A DNA stretch of 64,000 bases from the human T2T-CHM13v2.0 reference genome, Homo sapiens: assembly GCF_009914755.1 (NCBI RefSeq), contig NC_060947.1. The stretch is one strand, 5' to 3'. The notes under the pieces were generated by a model, which ran no database searches, was not told the DNA's origin, and worked only from the letters and a program-made list of their open reading frames with translations. A program made the translations under genes and the position numbers. Every line of letters begins with the position of its first letter. Position 1 is the stretch's first letter. Shown here in pieces: positions 36,165 to 50,629 of this stretch.

Positions 36165-37690
36165 AAACTTTTAATTTTGACATAATTGCAAACTTTTGAG
36201 AAAGTTGCAAGGATAATATAGAAAACTTCCAACTGCCCTTTACTCAGCTTCACCCCTCATCAATATTTAATATTTTGCCATGTTTGTTATTTTCATTCTC
36301 TGTCTCATATATATATATATAAAAATATATATATATATCTTTCTTTCCGAACTACTTGAGACTATGCCCCATTACCCCTTAACTATTTAGTGTGTTCTCG
36401 CCTAAGAACAGGAAACTCTTACATAACCACAGTGTGGTTATCACATTCAGGAAATTTAATATTGATAAAACACTTTAATCTACAGTCCATATTCTACTTT
36501 TGTCAATTGACTCATTGATGTCCACTTACAGCATTTTCACCCTGCTGTATAGAATTCAGTCCAATCACACATATTGCATTTAGTTTTCATGTCTCTTTTA
36601 GCCTTCTTTAATTTGAAACAGTTTCTTAGCCTTACTTTGTTTTCATGATATTGGCATTTTTTTAAATACAGTTCTTTTTTTATAGAATGTGCTTCAATTT
36701 AGGTTTCTCATAATTAGATTCAAGTGAGACTCCCTCCCTCTATGCTACAAAAATGGTGCTGAGTCTGTTTTAGGAAAGCACATTCAGGGGCATACATTGT
36801 TGGTCTACCCCTCACTGATGAGAGATGAGGTTAATTTTGATCAACTGATCAAAGCGTCATGTGTTTTCTCCATGTATAGTTACTATTTTCCCCTTGCAAC
36901 TGATAAGGAAAATGTAGGGAGACATTTCAATACCATGTAAATATCCTGTTTCACATCTATCCTCCTACCTAGCATTTAACATCAATAGATGATTCTTGTC
37001 TGAACCAATCTTTACAATGGTGATTACAAAATGGTGTCTTCTAAATCTACCACTCCATCCATACTTAACAGCAGACATTTTATCTATTTCCCATTCTGTC
37101 TCTCTCTTTCCATCTCTCCCTCTCTCTCTGTCTTTCTCTCATAATGATGGAGGAATGAATTTCTATTTTATTCAATGGGTTATTGTCCATTACCTGCCTT
37201 ATTTATTTTGATGCTCAAATTGTGCCAGATTTGTTGGGGGTCGGGTGGGGTTATTTTCAAGCTGGTTATTTCAAAATGCTCTCTTTCATTGTTCTTAATT
37301 TCTGGTAAGACAAGTTACTCCAGGCTGATCTTGTACCTTTCCTCCCCTGGCCCTGGCATCAGCCATTTCTCTAAGGAGTCATAATTCCTTTTAATGGGAG
37401 TGGTATTTGGAAACCAAGATTTACACACAAAATAAGCTCATTGCTAATTCAGTATTATTGCTGGGGTGTCATATTGATACCTCCAATCCCAATCTTGTCT
37501 TCTCCCTTTCTTTATTTTAACTCCCTTTCTTTCACAGTGGGAGACCTGATTCCCTACAACAGCAACATATGTACTCACTTGTTCAAACCTGCAGTACCTA
37601 TACACGATTTCAGAATTTTCAGTATAATAAATAAACATACTAAAAAGAGTTTCAGGCAAATATTTACTCCACATTTCATGCATGGGTATT
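36165..37690 (-). mobile_element. Old L1MC/ME 3' region
   Basis: ttttaattttgacataattgcaaac...aaagttgcaa motif and collinear degenerate L1M sequence. Confidence 0.65.
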
Positions 37691-39509
37691 ATCACAAGAA
37701 CTCTGAAAATGGTTGGAAGAAAAGAGTAGAGTCTATGTCATCTTTCAGCTTTCCATCTTTGCCTTGTTAAAGTGGCAGGCTCATTAGAAAAGTAACTGCC
37801 AGTGTGCTGCTTGGTAGCATTTCAAGCCAGTCTTTTCATTAATAAAAGTCGCACTGGTAATTTTAAATAACACATTTTAAAATTCTTACATAAAAAGAAA
37901 CTTTGGGAGGTATCGTACTGGAAACTCTCACACACCATTTGGATGTCTGTGTACTGGACATTCATACCTTCTACTAAGAAGAGCCAGAGAAGATTAAGGT
38001 TTAAGAAATGAAAAAAGACAAAAATTTATCCCAAATTCAAATACACCAAGGAGGTCCAGGGTGCTCTAGAAACAGGCAAAACTGAAAAAGGAATACCACT
38101 CCCTCAAAACACAATCTTATAAGAACACTCTGGGCTCAATCTTTTAAATGCAAAATGTTGCAATAAATGTAAAGTAAAACAAGCCAATCAATCAACCTGT
38201 GGACTCCATTACTGGAAGAGTGCTCCAGTTTTGCATAAAAATTCAGAGTGGTTTTCGAATCCCTAAACTTGCCTAGAGTCTTGTAAGATTCCTCAGGTCA
38301 AATTTCTTTGTACTACAAGTTGTATAGAATATAAAACTTAACAGGCTTCATGGTCTGCTTTCTATGTGGGTCAGGATTCCTATGTGTTCTAAGTGCTATT
38401 GAATCATATATTTTTATGGCATAGAAGGAATTTTGAATGTATTTACTCCAATTCCTTTTCTTATAGATGGAGAAACTGAAGTCTACAGAGGGGAAATGAC
38501 TTGTCCAAGAGCATAAAGGCTGTAGGGGAAAGAACCATGTTGTAGAAGAGAATTCAAGCACAAGGTGGATGGTTGGACTGAGTTATCTGATGTTCCATTT
38601 CTACCCTGAGATTCTGAGTCTGTTTTGTGTTTGCCAGTACAATGATCTTTCTACTCTACCCTCAGGGGCCACTGAGGGGATTGGAAGGGAGAGAAGTTAA
38701 CTATTTTAAATATTGATTTTCCTAGAAAGATATTTCTTGAAGAAAGAGATTTGGGAATCATAACATGATTCAATTGTAATGCTGTCCAGGACTATATTAC
38801 AGTCAGAAGTGCTTGCCATATGTGAGTACATCTTTCAAAACATCAAAGTATCTTAGCAGCTAGGAAATCTGATGAATGCCAGAACTTGGCTGAGAATGTT
38901 TGTCAAGTTTTGTCAGCCTTGTCACAGCTGGCCTTAGTATGCTTCTTTCTATAGCCAAGTAACTTTTTGGTCAGACAGCCAACTAATGTTTCTAATCACT
39001 TCTGAAATTCTTCTGAGCAGCACAACCTATTACTCTGTCTAACAATGGTGTGTAGAGCTATGACACTAATTGTTCTTAGGAGAGAGCCATGCACACACTT
39101 TTTCAACATGATGGAGTACAGCTATGGTTCTACTTTAGGGTAGAATGCCAATATCTCAGACTACATCATAGCTGTTTTTTTTTTTTTTAACAATTTGACT
39201 AACACTAATTACTCTTGTGAATCTTTATTCAAAATAGTGTTTCCATTATTATGAAGCAAAATGACAGGAAGTGTGCACAATTACAAGTTCAAGTAATAGC
39301 TGCTAGACATCTTCTGCACATATTACCTACTCTCTGCCTTCCAAGTCTACAAATGTTTCAGATGATGATTTGAGAATGATGAAGACATTTTAGCTTATAG
39401 AATGCAGTATATAAAGGTGACCATCAGTTCATTGGTAAGTACCCTCCCCCATCCCCTTAAAAAATGCCATCATGGCAAAAGTGTCCTCCTGGCCTTTAAT
39501 AACTCTCTT

Positions 39510-42500
39510 ATTTCGTTCCACAAATATTTACTTAATGCCTATATGTAACAGGCACTATGCTTGATATTGGAGAAACACTGGTAAACAAGACCTACAGACT
39601 CCCTCACTGTTTTGGTGTTTAGAGTGCATTGGGATATACATACATAAACAGGTAAAATACAAATGGGTTAAGGTAGGGGGAGATCTAAGAAACTAAGGGG
39701 AAACTAATCCAGTTATAGAACTCTTGGATGTGACATTTAAACTGGTATCTGAAGAACAACGAGTTATACAGGTGAGGGAGGTTGGGGAGAGAATGTTTTC
39801 CAAGACAGGAAGAATACAAGAAAATGCCCAGAGCAGAGAACAACAGCAAGAGAAAAGCAGCATATAATGGGACTACAATAGTACAATTTAGAATGTAAGT
39901 TTGTGAGACGTAAGAAATGTGGCTAGATTATAAATCAGTTCCCCTGAGAGCTATAACCTTGTCTATTTTGTTCAAAATAGCATTGCTATTATCTACCACA
40001 ATTCCTGTCACATAGTACAAATTCAAAACATATTTGTTGAATAACAAAAATAACAATGACAATAAAGATAACAGTCATTTAATTATGAGACAGAAAGCAT
40101 TCTAAGTGCTTTGGTAATGTGTAAATTGATTAAATCCTCACAGCACACTATGAGGCTCTTCTTCTTTTCTTCTTGCTATTATTTTTATTATTATTATCCT
40201 CTTTTTACATATGAGGAAACAGAGGCTCAGTGAGGTTAACTCAATAGCCCAGACAGCCTAGGTAGTGATCGGCAGATTCAAGATTTAAACCCAGATAATC
40301 ACAGACTCTCCTGATTCTAAGGATCTAGATTTTGCTGTGAAGAGTTTTAAATTTCCCCTAATGCTACGGGCAATCACTGAAAGGCTCAATAAGTTGAATA
40401 TTGCCAATATGAGTCTGGCAGCAATGTGAAGAATGGATTTAAGTGGGAGCAAGACTAGAGGTAAGGCGATGAACTATGAAGGTTTTGTGATAATTCACGC
40501 AACTGGTGATTGTGGATTGAACTATGATGTTGACAGTACAGATGGAGAGAAATAGTCAGATGTGAGAGAGGGAAAGAGAGTTATATTCAATAAGACCTAG
40601 TAGTTGATTGAGTGGGGGTGTATATGAGAGAGACAAAGGAATAACGGAAGACTTTCAGGTTTCCAACCATTGCGATTGGGTATTTGGTCAGTGCAACTCA
40701 CCAACACAGACAACATGAGGAAAAGGAGCAGGTCTGAGGCAGTTGGTGAGGAGATCACAATTTAATTTTGAGCATGATGAGTTTAAGCTTATTTGGGGGG
40801 CATTCAAGTGGACATGCCCAACAGACATTTTCAACAGACTTGTCTGATGCTTAGAGAGGAGATTCAGTATGGACACAGAGATGTGGGAGTCACCAATACA
40901 TAGCTGGCATTTGCAGCTAATGTAGGCAATTATAACCATGCTGGAAAATTGTGTACACTGATAAAAGCAGAAAATCTGAGACAGAGCCTAAATAAACACA
41001 AACATCTAACTGACAGATAGAGGAAAAAGAGCCTTTAAAGGAGATTGTGATGGTGCAGCTAAAGGAGTAGGAGGAAAGCCAGAAGGATGACTATAAAGAA
41101 AGCAGAGGGAAAAAAATTTCCCAGGAAGAATAAAATGATCAACAATGTTAAATACTGCTGAGAAAATCTTCCAATGTGTTTAGCAACATGGAGGCCTTTG
41201 ATGACCTTGGAAAGATGGGTTTCATTATGAAGGGGTGTGTGGCAGTATGTGAGAGGAGGAAAAAGTCATATTTCAGTGTGTTACAGGGTAATTTACAGGA
41301 AAAGAAATCAAATAAAACGTTACAGAACCAAATTCTAGTTGTTCCCATGGAAACAAGATTCAGGGACACTGAAGGATTTGGGGTGAAAAGAGAAATCAGA
41401 AGTCCTAGGATAACTGTTAATTAGTTTAACAGAATGGAACTTAGGAGTAGATGGCATAAGGATGTAGCAAGAGGTAATATGTGGATGGAGAAAAAAGGTC
41501 AAGAATTTGCAGGGAATCTCAATATACATGTGGTTCATCGATTAAATTGGATTTAGAGCAAAAATCAATCAGTGTATAACTCAGTGCTCTGAAAGAATCT
41601 CACTGTCCTAAATTAACTTCTGCTGAACTCTCTGGGTATATTCAGAAGCAATGATTAGTGACACTGGTGTGGCTGCAGGGCTAATGGTGGCTCCATCTAG
41701 TTCTTGTTTGAATTGTCATAGACAGAAACCCTACACTGTAAGCATCTGTGTCCTGTATATAGACCTTTATATCACTCCTTGGGCGATGGAGCAGTAAGTC
41801 ATTCAAAGGCAGAAGCTGTCTCTTTTGTTATTAGATTCTTTAGGCCCTTCAGGATCTTGGGATTTCTTCTCTTATGAGGAAGCCTGGATTTTCTCTTTTC
41901 CAGACTTCTTGTGCAGTCCTTTATGCCCAAGACTGAGAGTGCAGATCTCCTGAAACACAGATACTGGGAGGTACTACAAACTACTGGCTGTAAAAAATGG
42001 GCTTTGGAGTTAGTCGTGAATACGAGTCTCAGCTATACCTCTTAAAGAAGTACACAAAATAGACTGATTCATAATGGCAAAGGTTTATAAATTGGACATC
42101 ATTAAAATGAATATTTAATATAGTTATGGCTATGGCTGCATTTAGGTCTACCATTTTATTATTTGATTTCCATTGGTATTCTTGTTGGTGCCTCTATTCT
42201 CTCTCTTTCTAGCCTTCTTTTGGGTCACTTGAATATTTCCAAACTCCATTTTAATTTAACTATTGGTTTTTAACTTTATCTCTTTGTGTTACTTTTTAAT
42301 TGTTTCCCAGAGATAACAATAAACACCCTTAACTTTCCAGTCTACTTAGACTCAATACTGGACTACTTCATGAAAAATGTAGAATCTTGAAACCACAGAG
42401 GTCCATTAACCTCTCCTCCACCATCCTTTTTGTTATAGTTATCGTAAGTATTACATTTATATACATGATAAACCTCACAAGACTTAAAGTACCCACATGT

Positions 42501-43740
42501 ATTTTAAATAAAATGAGAAAAATATGGTTGTTTATATTTACCTAGATGTATACCAGCCTTGAGGAACATACAATGGCTCGTAGAGGAGGAGCTGGTGAAG
42601 GGAGCTGAGAAAAAGCAGCCAGAAGTGTAAGAGGAAAACCAGGACAGTATAGTCTAAGGGAAGCCAGGGTAGGAGAAGGTTTTGAAAAGAAGGGGGTGGT
42701 AAACAGTGTCCAAAGTTACTTAAAAGTCAAATAAAAGGAATAAAAGTGGTGGCGCGTTTAGTTACATTTAGGGAGGTAATTGGTAAAAGCTGATTTGGTA
42801 GAGTGAGTTGGGTACAAATCAAGTTGGAGTGAGTTGAGTAAGTGGTAGGGGAGAGAAACTAGAAACAGGGAAGATAGACAACTCTTGAGAAATTGTAAAG
42901 AAGGGGAGAAGAGAGATAGGTTAATAGCTGGAAAGGGATATGGGGTCAGTGAAGATTTCAGTTATTTTAATCAGACAGTCTGAGAATACATGAAAGTCAG
43001 TAGGAAGGATCCAGTCGAAAGGATGAGGTTACACATATAGGCTGGAAAAGCTGTAGTTGATAGTGTAAGAATCTTGTGAAGATGGAAAGACATAGGATAC
43101 ACAGCACAGGAGAAAGATTAGCTCTGAAAGATGACAGGATGTGTACAGTGGTAGGTTAATATACTTGCTGTCAGGAAGATGTGGGAGTTGACATATGATA
43201 GCTTCTTTTTTTCTCTGAAAAGTAGGAGGTGATATCATCATCTGTGAGAGGAGAGGAGTATGTGTTGGAGGCTGAAGAAGAATAAAGAAGGTTTGGAATA
43301 GTTGTGAGTAGAGACTGAGATGTAATAACCTCTCAGACCACAATAAAGGTGTTTTACTATGTATGTTATTAGGAGACACATTGTTGTTTGGCTTTAGTTT
43401 TAGAAGCAGCTGGACTATTGATTACTTTACAAAAAAAAAAATACAACTATCAAGTGGCTTGCATATTTGCAGTGGCACTATGGTGTAACAGACATTGTGG
43501 GCCTAGAGCCAGATTGCTTGGGTTTGAATCTCAGCACTACCACTCACTACCTATCTGACCTTGGAAAAGTTACTTGAACTCTATATGCCTTGATTTCATC
43601 ATCTGTAAAATAAGGGCAATAATATTATTAGTCCTAACCTCATAGGGTTGCTGTGAGAATTAAAGTTAGTTAATATGTGTAATGTTGTTAGCCTTGCACA
43701 TAGTAAGAACTGAACAGCTCAGTAATTGTTAGTTATTATT
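39510..43740. mobile_element. L2, MIR and L1M fragment cluster
   Basis: L2 motifs (caaatatttacttaatgcctatatg; gaggcctttgatgaccttgg) and MIR cores at about 40070-40310 and 43470-43740; boundaries approximate. Confidence 0.6.
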
Positions 43741-45321
43741 TTTTGCTGATCAACTGATTCTTATTCTACTGTCTAGTCTAGGAGGGATGCTAAATTAGAG
43801 TCAAAAGCTTGCTAAGTGGCTTGAAACCAAGACATGGAGAGTTAGTTGGACTATTAGACTCGCTGGTGTCCTCAAGCTATGATAACCTGATGTGTCCATC
43901 TCTACTATGCCTGCTGCTCCTGTTACTTATACTTATGGGTCAGAGCCCTTAGGAATGCTTTGTAGAATACTGCATGTAAATGAATACTTAATGATTGACT
44001 GATGTGATGAATTTGGATAGAGATAAGTTGACACATATCTGAGGGCAGATGGAAGACAGAATGTCTACATAATTTCATCTGGTGATAGCCAAAGTCACAA
44101 AATTGAATCATCCAAATTAAATCAGAGAATTAGAGAATCTTGTATTTGGAAGAGCCCTTTAAGGCCATCTGGTCCAACCTTCAACTCAGCATTGGAATAC
44201 TCCCTACAGCCTCTGTAAGAGAGAATATCAGGCCAGTTGGGAAAGAGACTGGCAAATGATGTAAAACCAAATGGCATTTCAAACAAAATGTGGATACCTA
44301 GGCTCTGGGTGGTTTGGTTTTAAACCGGCTCCACAGAAGACAAAACACCAGGAAGAGTCCAAGTTGTAAAACTGTTTCTTTCTAGATATAGAAAGCAAAG
44401 GCAGAAGCCTCACTTGTCATTCCTGTTGCTAACTTTGCTTGCTAGCTGACAATGGTGCTCTACTTTGAATCAATTTGCCCATCTGTGAAAAGGAAACACC
44501 ATGTTTCAATCTTCCATGAGTGTTTCCCAAAAATGAAAGTCCTTATATATCTGCAGACAAAGTGTCTTTGGACTAGAAGCCAGCCAGTCTGCCGAGTTGG
44601 GTAATCAAATCTCAGGGTGAGCTTTTTGCTTGCTTTAAGGTAGAAAGTACCTGTGACATTTTGGTTGACTAGGTTTGGGCTGGTCCTCCACAGAAGTGTG
44701 TGTTATCAAATGTGTCGGAAAGACCCAGAATCACTACCTTCCTCCTTCTCCCTGATCTCTTTCATCTACTTTTAGATGCCTGAAATCTGAAAGATTCGAA
44801 TTTTAGCTTTTTGGCTTATGGTATCAGTATCTGTTAACTTGTAATGCCCCTGGCAAAGGTAAGACATTGAGTTTCTGTCAGTCATTTACCCCTTAGTGGG
44901 AGTGAGGAAGACTGTGAAAGTTGGAATAGGAGGAAAGAGAAAGAGGACACTAAATGCCTGGAGAGGGGGGAATAATGGGGAGAGTGAAAGAAAATTTTGT
45001 ATAGTTCACAATTTATCCTAGGACCCGCCTTGCTCCAGAAGCAAAACAGAGCAACATGGTTCCATCTAAGCCTCTATTCTCTACTCTCCCCTTCATTTCC
45101 CCTCCCACGCCCCAGCTATTTCCAAATTAGGAGGTGAATGAGCTCTGTTTTCAGATTTTATTTTTCACTTTAAAAAGTCTTTTAAATTATTTTGCCTTTT
45201 CAAATACACTTTTGTTTAATGAGAGAAAATGTTCAGTCCAGGCCTGTAGTTGTGCTAACACTCAGTCTAAGAAAACCATTCAGTTCTATTACTCTTCCAA
45301 CACACTGATTTATTTTAAGGG

Positions 45322-45505
45322 TGCAAAAGATCCAAAGGTATTGACTAGGTTGCACTGAACACTGGGAAATCCTAAAAGTTTATAGCAACAGAAGGAAAAC
45401 TCCTTGAGGAAAACACCTTTGCAAAAGATCCAAAGGTATTGATTAGGTTGCACTGAACACTGGGAAATCCTAAAAGTTTATAGCAATAGAAGGAAAACTC
45501 CTTGA
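45322..45505. repeat. 86-bp direct duplication with a 12-bp spacer
   Basis: 45322-45407 versus 45420-45505, two mismatches. Confidence 0.92.
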
Positions 45506-45516
45506 AGGAGACATAA

Positions 45517-45819
<303 letters not shown>

Positions 45820-46802
45820 TAGATTTATATTTCAATTTTCACTTTGAAAGTTAGGTTTCCACCTAGATGAATACATGATATGTGCTAAAGTAAAACTAAC
45901 ACCGAGACAGAGCAGAGAGGGCAAAGACTGCGCCTGGTTCTTCTTTTTGGAGCCAATCTAGCAACTCCCTCTTGTGTGCTTTTAGCTCCTTATAGTAATG
46001 ACAATAAATGAAAAATAAAAGGAAAAATAAGCCCCAGAATGATTTAATCCAAACTACCTTGACAGTGAGAATTACTTCTTTATGGCTCACTTCCTTATAT
46101 TTGCAAGAGAATTTATTAATCCAGATGCAAAGCATCTTGGCTGTAAGATAGATCCATTAAAAAATGTATTTTCACATTTTTCAACTTGTTATTTTTACAT
46201 CATTTTGGACTTAGCAGAGAAGTTGTAAAAATAGTACAAACAATCCCCCATCTTTTTTACCCAGATGCCCATATCCCCAATTGTTTACATTTTACCACCT
46301 TTGTAGTCCATGTCTATATAAGTATGTATGGATATTATATATATTCATAATATGTATGTGTGTCTATCAATATATCATTTTAATTTTTTTGCATGGCTTA
46401 AGAGTAATTTACAGATATGTTGTTCCTTTACCCCTAAGTACTTCAGTCTATATTTCTTAAAAATAAGAATAATTCCTTACATATCCATAGTATAATCATC
46501 AAAATCAGAGAAAAAAACACTAATAAAATACTATTATCTAATCTACAATCCTTATTCAAATTTTGTCAGTTGTTTCACTGACTTTTATAGCCAAAGAAAA
46601 AGAAATTTGTTTCTTAGAATCTGATCTAGAATCACACATTGAATTTACTTATTATGTCTCTTTAGTCTCCTTTTATCTGGAACAGTTCTCAACCATTCTT
46701 TGACTTTCATGACCTTGACAGTTTTTATAAGAACAGACCATTTGTTATATAGAATGTTCATTAATTTGTGTTTCTTTATTGTTTTTTCTTAATTAAACTC
46801 AG

Positions 46803-47200
46803 TGATGTTGTTTGAATGTGTGTCCCCTCCAAATCTCATGTTGAAATGTGACCTCCAATGTTGGAGGTGAGGCCTGGTGGGAGGTGTTTGGGTCATGGGG
46901 GCGGATTCTTCATCAGTTGCTTAGTGCCTTCCCTGTAGCAATGAGTTCATGTGATATCTGGTTGTTTAAAAGAGCCTGGCACCTCCTCTTCTCTCTCTTG
47001 CTCTCTCTCTTGCTGTGTGACATGCTGGCTCTCCTTTGCATTCCGCCATGATTGTAAGTTTCCTGAGGACTCACAAGAAGCAGATGCTGGCACTATGCTT
47101 CATATGTAGCCTGCAGAACCATGAACCAAATGAACCTCTTTTCTTTATAAATTACCCAGTCTCAGGTATTCCTTTATATCAATACAAATGGACTAGCACA
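46803..47200 (+). mobile_element. MSTB-like solo LTR
   Basis: tgatgttgtttgaatgtgtgtcccctccaaatctcatgttgaaa...aattacccagtctcaggtattcc; flanks ctcag / cttag. Confidence 0.85.
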
Positions 47201-47767
47201 CTTAGTTTATGTTTTTTTTTTTCCAGAATACCACAGAAGTGAGGATGTGCTATTCTCAGTACACCAGATTATTTCTTTTGCAGTTATTAGTTTGAATTCT
47301 ACACACAGAAGAGCTTTCTGTTCTCATCTATGTATCTATTCATCCACCTATCCATCTATTTAAACATTTATTTATATTAACATTGACTCATGCATTGTCA
47401 TTTTATGTTGTGGGTGAATCCATTGCCATCATGTATTTTGATGGTCAAATTGTCCCAGAGTTGGCCAATGCAAGCCCCCTCAGGCTGGATCCTGAATGCT
47501 CCTCACATGACCTTGCCATTCTTTGAGTATTCTCTTACTTTCTGGCACAAGTTGTTTCAAGAATCATTTTCTACTTCCTCTGCTCTTGTTCTGAAATCAG
47601 CTCCAAGGGGCACCGGTTCTTTTTAGTAGAGAATGATAATTAAAAACTGAGATTGGACACTAGTTTTGCTCTTTGCTACTGGGGTATTATTGCTTCTAAG
47701 CCCTCTCAGCAGACAAGCTAGAAAAAATATATGTGTAGGTGTGTATGCATATATGTTTGTTTACTTA

Positions 47768-48181
47768 GATCTATCTATCTATCTATCTATCTATTTATCT
47801 TAGATTATTCAGACTTCTATAACAAACAAACTACTCTAGACTGAATGGCTTACAAATAACTGAAATTTATTTCTTATAGTTCTGGAGACTATGAAGTCCA
47901 AGATCAATGAGTTGGCAGACTTGGTGTCTGGTGAGAGGGCCCACTTTCTCGTAGAGAACCTTTATCTCACTGTGACTTCACATGGCAGAAGGACTAAGGG
48001 TCTTTTTATAAGGACCTTTTATCTCTGTGGGGTCTCTTTTATAAGAGAACTAATTCTATTCAGGACGTCTCTGCCTTCATGACCTAATCACCTCCCAAAG
48101 ACCCAATCTCCTAATACTATTACTTTGGGGTTAGGATTTCACCATTAACATCTTGGAGGGATATGAACAATCAGTTCATTG

Positions 48182-48230
<49 letters not shown>

Positions 48231-48247
48231 CATCCATCTATCTATCT
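47768..48247 (-). mobile_element. MLT1A-like LTR flanked on both sides by (TATC)n
   Basis: gttctggagactatgaagtccaagatca...; TATC arrays at about 47768-47795 and 48184-48247. Confidence 0.75.
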
Positions 48248-50629
48248 AAATTTATCTATATGCCTATTTGTTATGCTGTCTATTAAAAACCGTAGGTATA
48301 TACTGATAATTCTATTTCTAATCCAATACCACAGGGTTCATTCTACTCTCCCTCCTTTCCATATCTGTATCTCCCTTCTTCTACAGTGAGAACCTGGTTC
48401 TCATTATCCACAATATATTTATTCATTTGTCAATTCTAGAATATGCATAAAGTGATTTCAGAATTGCTAATTATAGCACTGTGAAGAAGCAAACCTACTT
48501 AACTAGGGTTAATATTTGTATATACTTCTTTTTACCTTTTACCTGAATATATATACTTAAAACACTGTGTTTAAAATTACTTGGGTTTGTTTTGTTTCTT
48601 TTTCTATTCAGAGTGATTATGTGTTATTTATTTGCAATAAAGACAGGTTTGTTTATTTCTGTTTGTGTTCGATTTTGGGTTTTCTCCCCCACTCTTGTTT
48701 ATTTTATTTATTATGTTATTTATTTAGTTTTGGCTATGTGAAACACTATCATGTTTCCAAAGTCAGAACCCTGCAAAAAGGATAGAGAAGTGACTTCGAA
48801 CCCCAGCCATATTTCTACTCTGTTCTCTTCTCCCCATCCTTACCACCTTATTCCCACACATCCCCTGTAGGTAATCAGTCACATTATTTTATGTTTTATC
48901 CTTCCTGTTTCTTTTTGTACAAGTTAGCATATTCATGTATATTTTCTTATTCCATGGGCATAGAAAAAAGGGTGAAAATATACTTTTCATTTTTGCCAGA
49001 AAAATGGAGACTTTAAAGAAGTATAACTAAATGGTCCCCCTCCTGTTCTCAAGTTCACTTCACACCTCATTTTAAACTTCACTTCCTTCTACAGGGATGC
49101 CTAAATTAGGCCTTGTCTTTATGTCAAGATTGAGATAAATCCCCTTAAACTGTGCTCCCACATCTCCCCCAACTTCCACATTATTAACATTAATCACATA
49201 TGATGTTAAAAGAAGAAAACTTACTGCTCATTCTCTAATTTAAAAGACTTAGATGCACTCAAGTAAATTCTCTGCCTGATATTCAGTAGTCCCTCTCTCC
49301 CTCATTACCTTTAGGGCCTGAACACATGGTCATGTTCTAATCTGCTTATTACAGAGAGCGTAGGCAGCCCTGCGGCTTTCCATCTTAGCCTCACTTAGGG
49401 CTAATGTTTTCAGTACAGATGTACACAAGCCGGCAAAGACTGGTTTGAGGCAGAAATTGGCCAAATTACAAGAGCTAAGCAGAATAAAAAATAAAAATCC
49501 AACTTTAACTTCATTCATAAAGAAAGAGATAAAATGATAAAAGGCAAATAAAATAAATCATAAGAAATGAAACTACTTTAGACATACGTCAATTCTCTTG
49601 TATTGAAATAAATCATTTATTTTAGCAGTGGAGGCACTTATTTCAATATTAGAAAAATAATGCTATTGTTTTCAGCGTAAAATAACCCTCAGGTGGAATA
49701 GATGCATTGATTTTTTTAAAATGGATTTAAAATAAATCCAATGTCTTCATAATGAAAACTTACAACATTCACTAGAATATAGTAGTTACATAAGCCAGTG
49801 GCTTTCCAAGAAAAAGGAAAATTGCATTCCCTTGCTTTCATTGGTTTTTGTTAAATACAATTTGTCCATTCCGTTTGACTGGCCAATTTGATTGCAGTGT
49901 ACTAAAACTCAGCTAGGTACAATATAGATCCACAGGCTTGACTTAGGAAAACCAAGCCCATATAGCACAATAATTGGATCCACACATTAATTAGATCCAG
50001 AGATACATCTTGGCTTATTGTCACTGGGCTTCCAGGCTGAAGGAATCTAGAAATAGGGTGCTTTGAGGCTCTGATTGATTGTCTATGGTATTTTGTACCA
50101 GACAGCAAGTATGAGAAAGAAGAACAGCTGTGCAATGACTATAATCAAATGCAAATACCTAGGAGTCTCCACAACAAAATAACAAAGACAGCAGAATGAT
50201 GCTCATTTTGATCAATAATAACAGTCTCCCGCCCCTGAAAATTTTCACACACAATAATCACTGTTAAAGCTGTTTCCTTTTTGTCAAATTGAAACATTCA
50301 GTGTGTGGGTATGTTGCCTGATGGCATGCAGGCTCCTGATAAAGTATTAATCATGCAACTAAATGACCTGAGTCCCCAACCACATCATGTAAAATAACAT
50401 CATCTCTTTAAAATTAATTCATTGAAAGAAACTTTAAAAAGAAGTGTGGAGAACAAAGTAGTTTATGCTGCTGCAGTGAGACCCTATTATAACAGGTTAA
50501 CACTACAGTAGTATAGAATATACACCAATGCTGTTGGTGGTAGAAGTACTCCAGGAAGCTAACAAGTATCTGAGCATGCATCAAATTCCTTAGCTAGGAG
50601 TTGCATGGATCCTCTACTTTCTGCTTCTA

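Larger units (their letters stand above)
46170..48950 (-). mobile_element. Old L1MC/MD region interrupted by two MaLR LTRs
   Basis: Degenerate L1M 3' motifs, collinear across the insertions. Confidence 0.6.

Noticed and set aside
45322-45505. CRISPR-like repeat-spacer-repeat
   Set aside because: Only two 86-bp units with a 12-nt spacer, in eukaryotic DNA with no cas genes.
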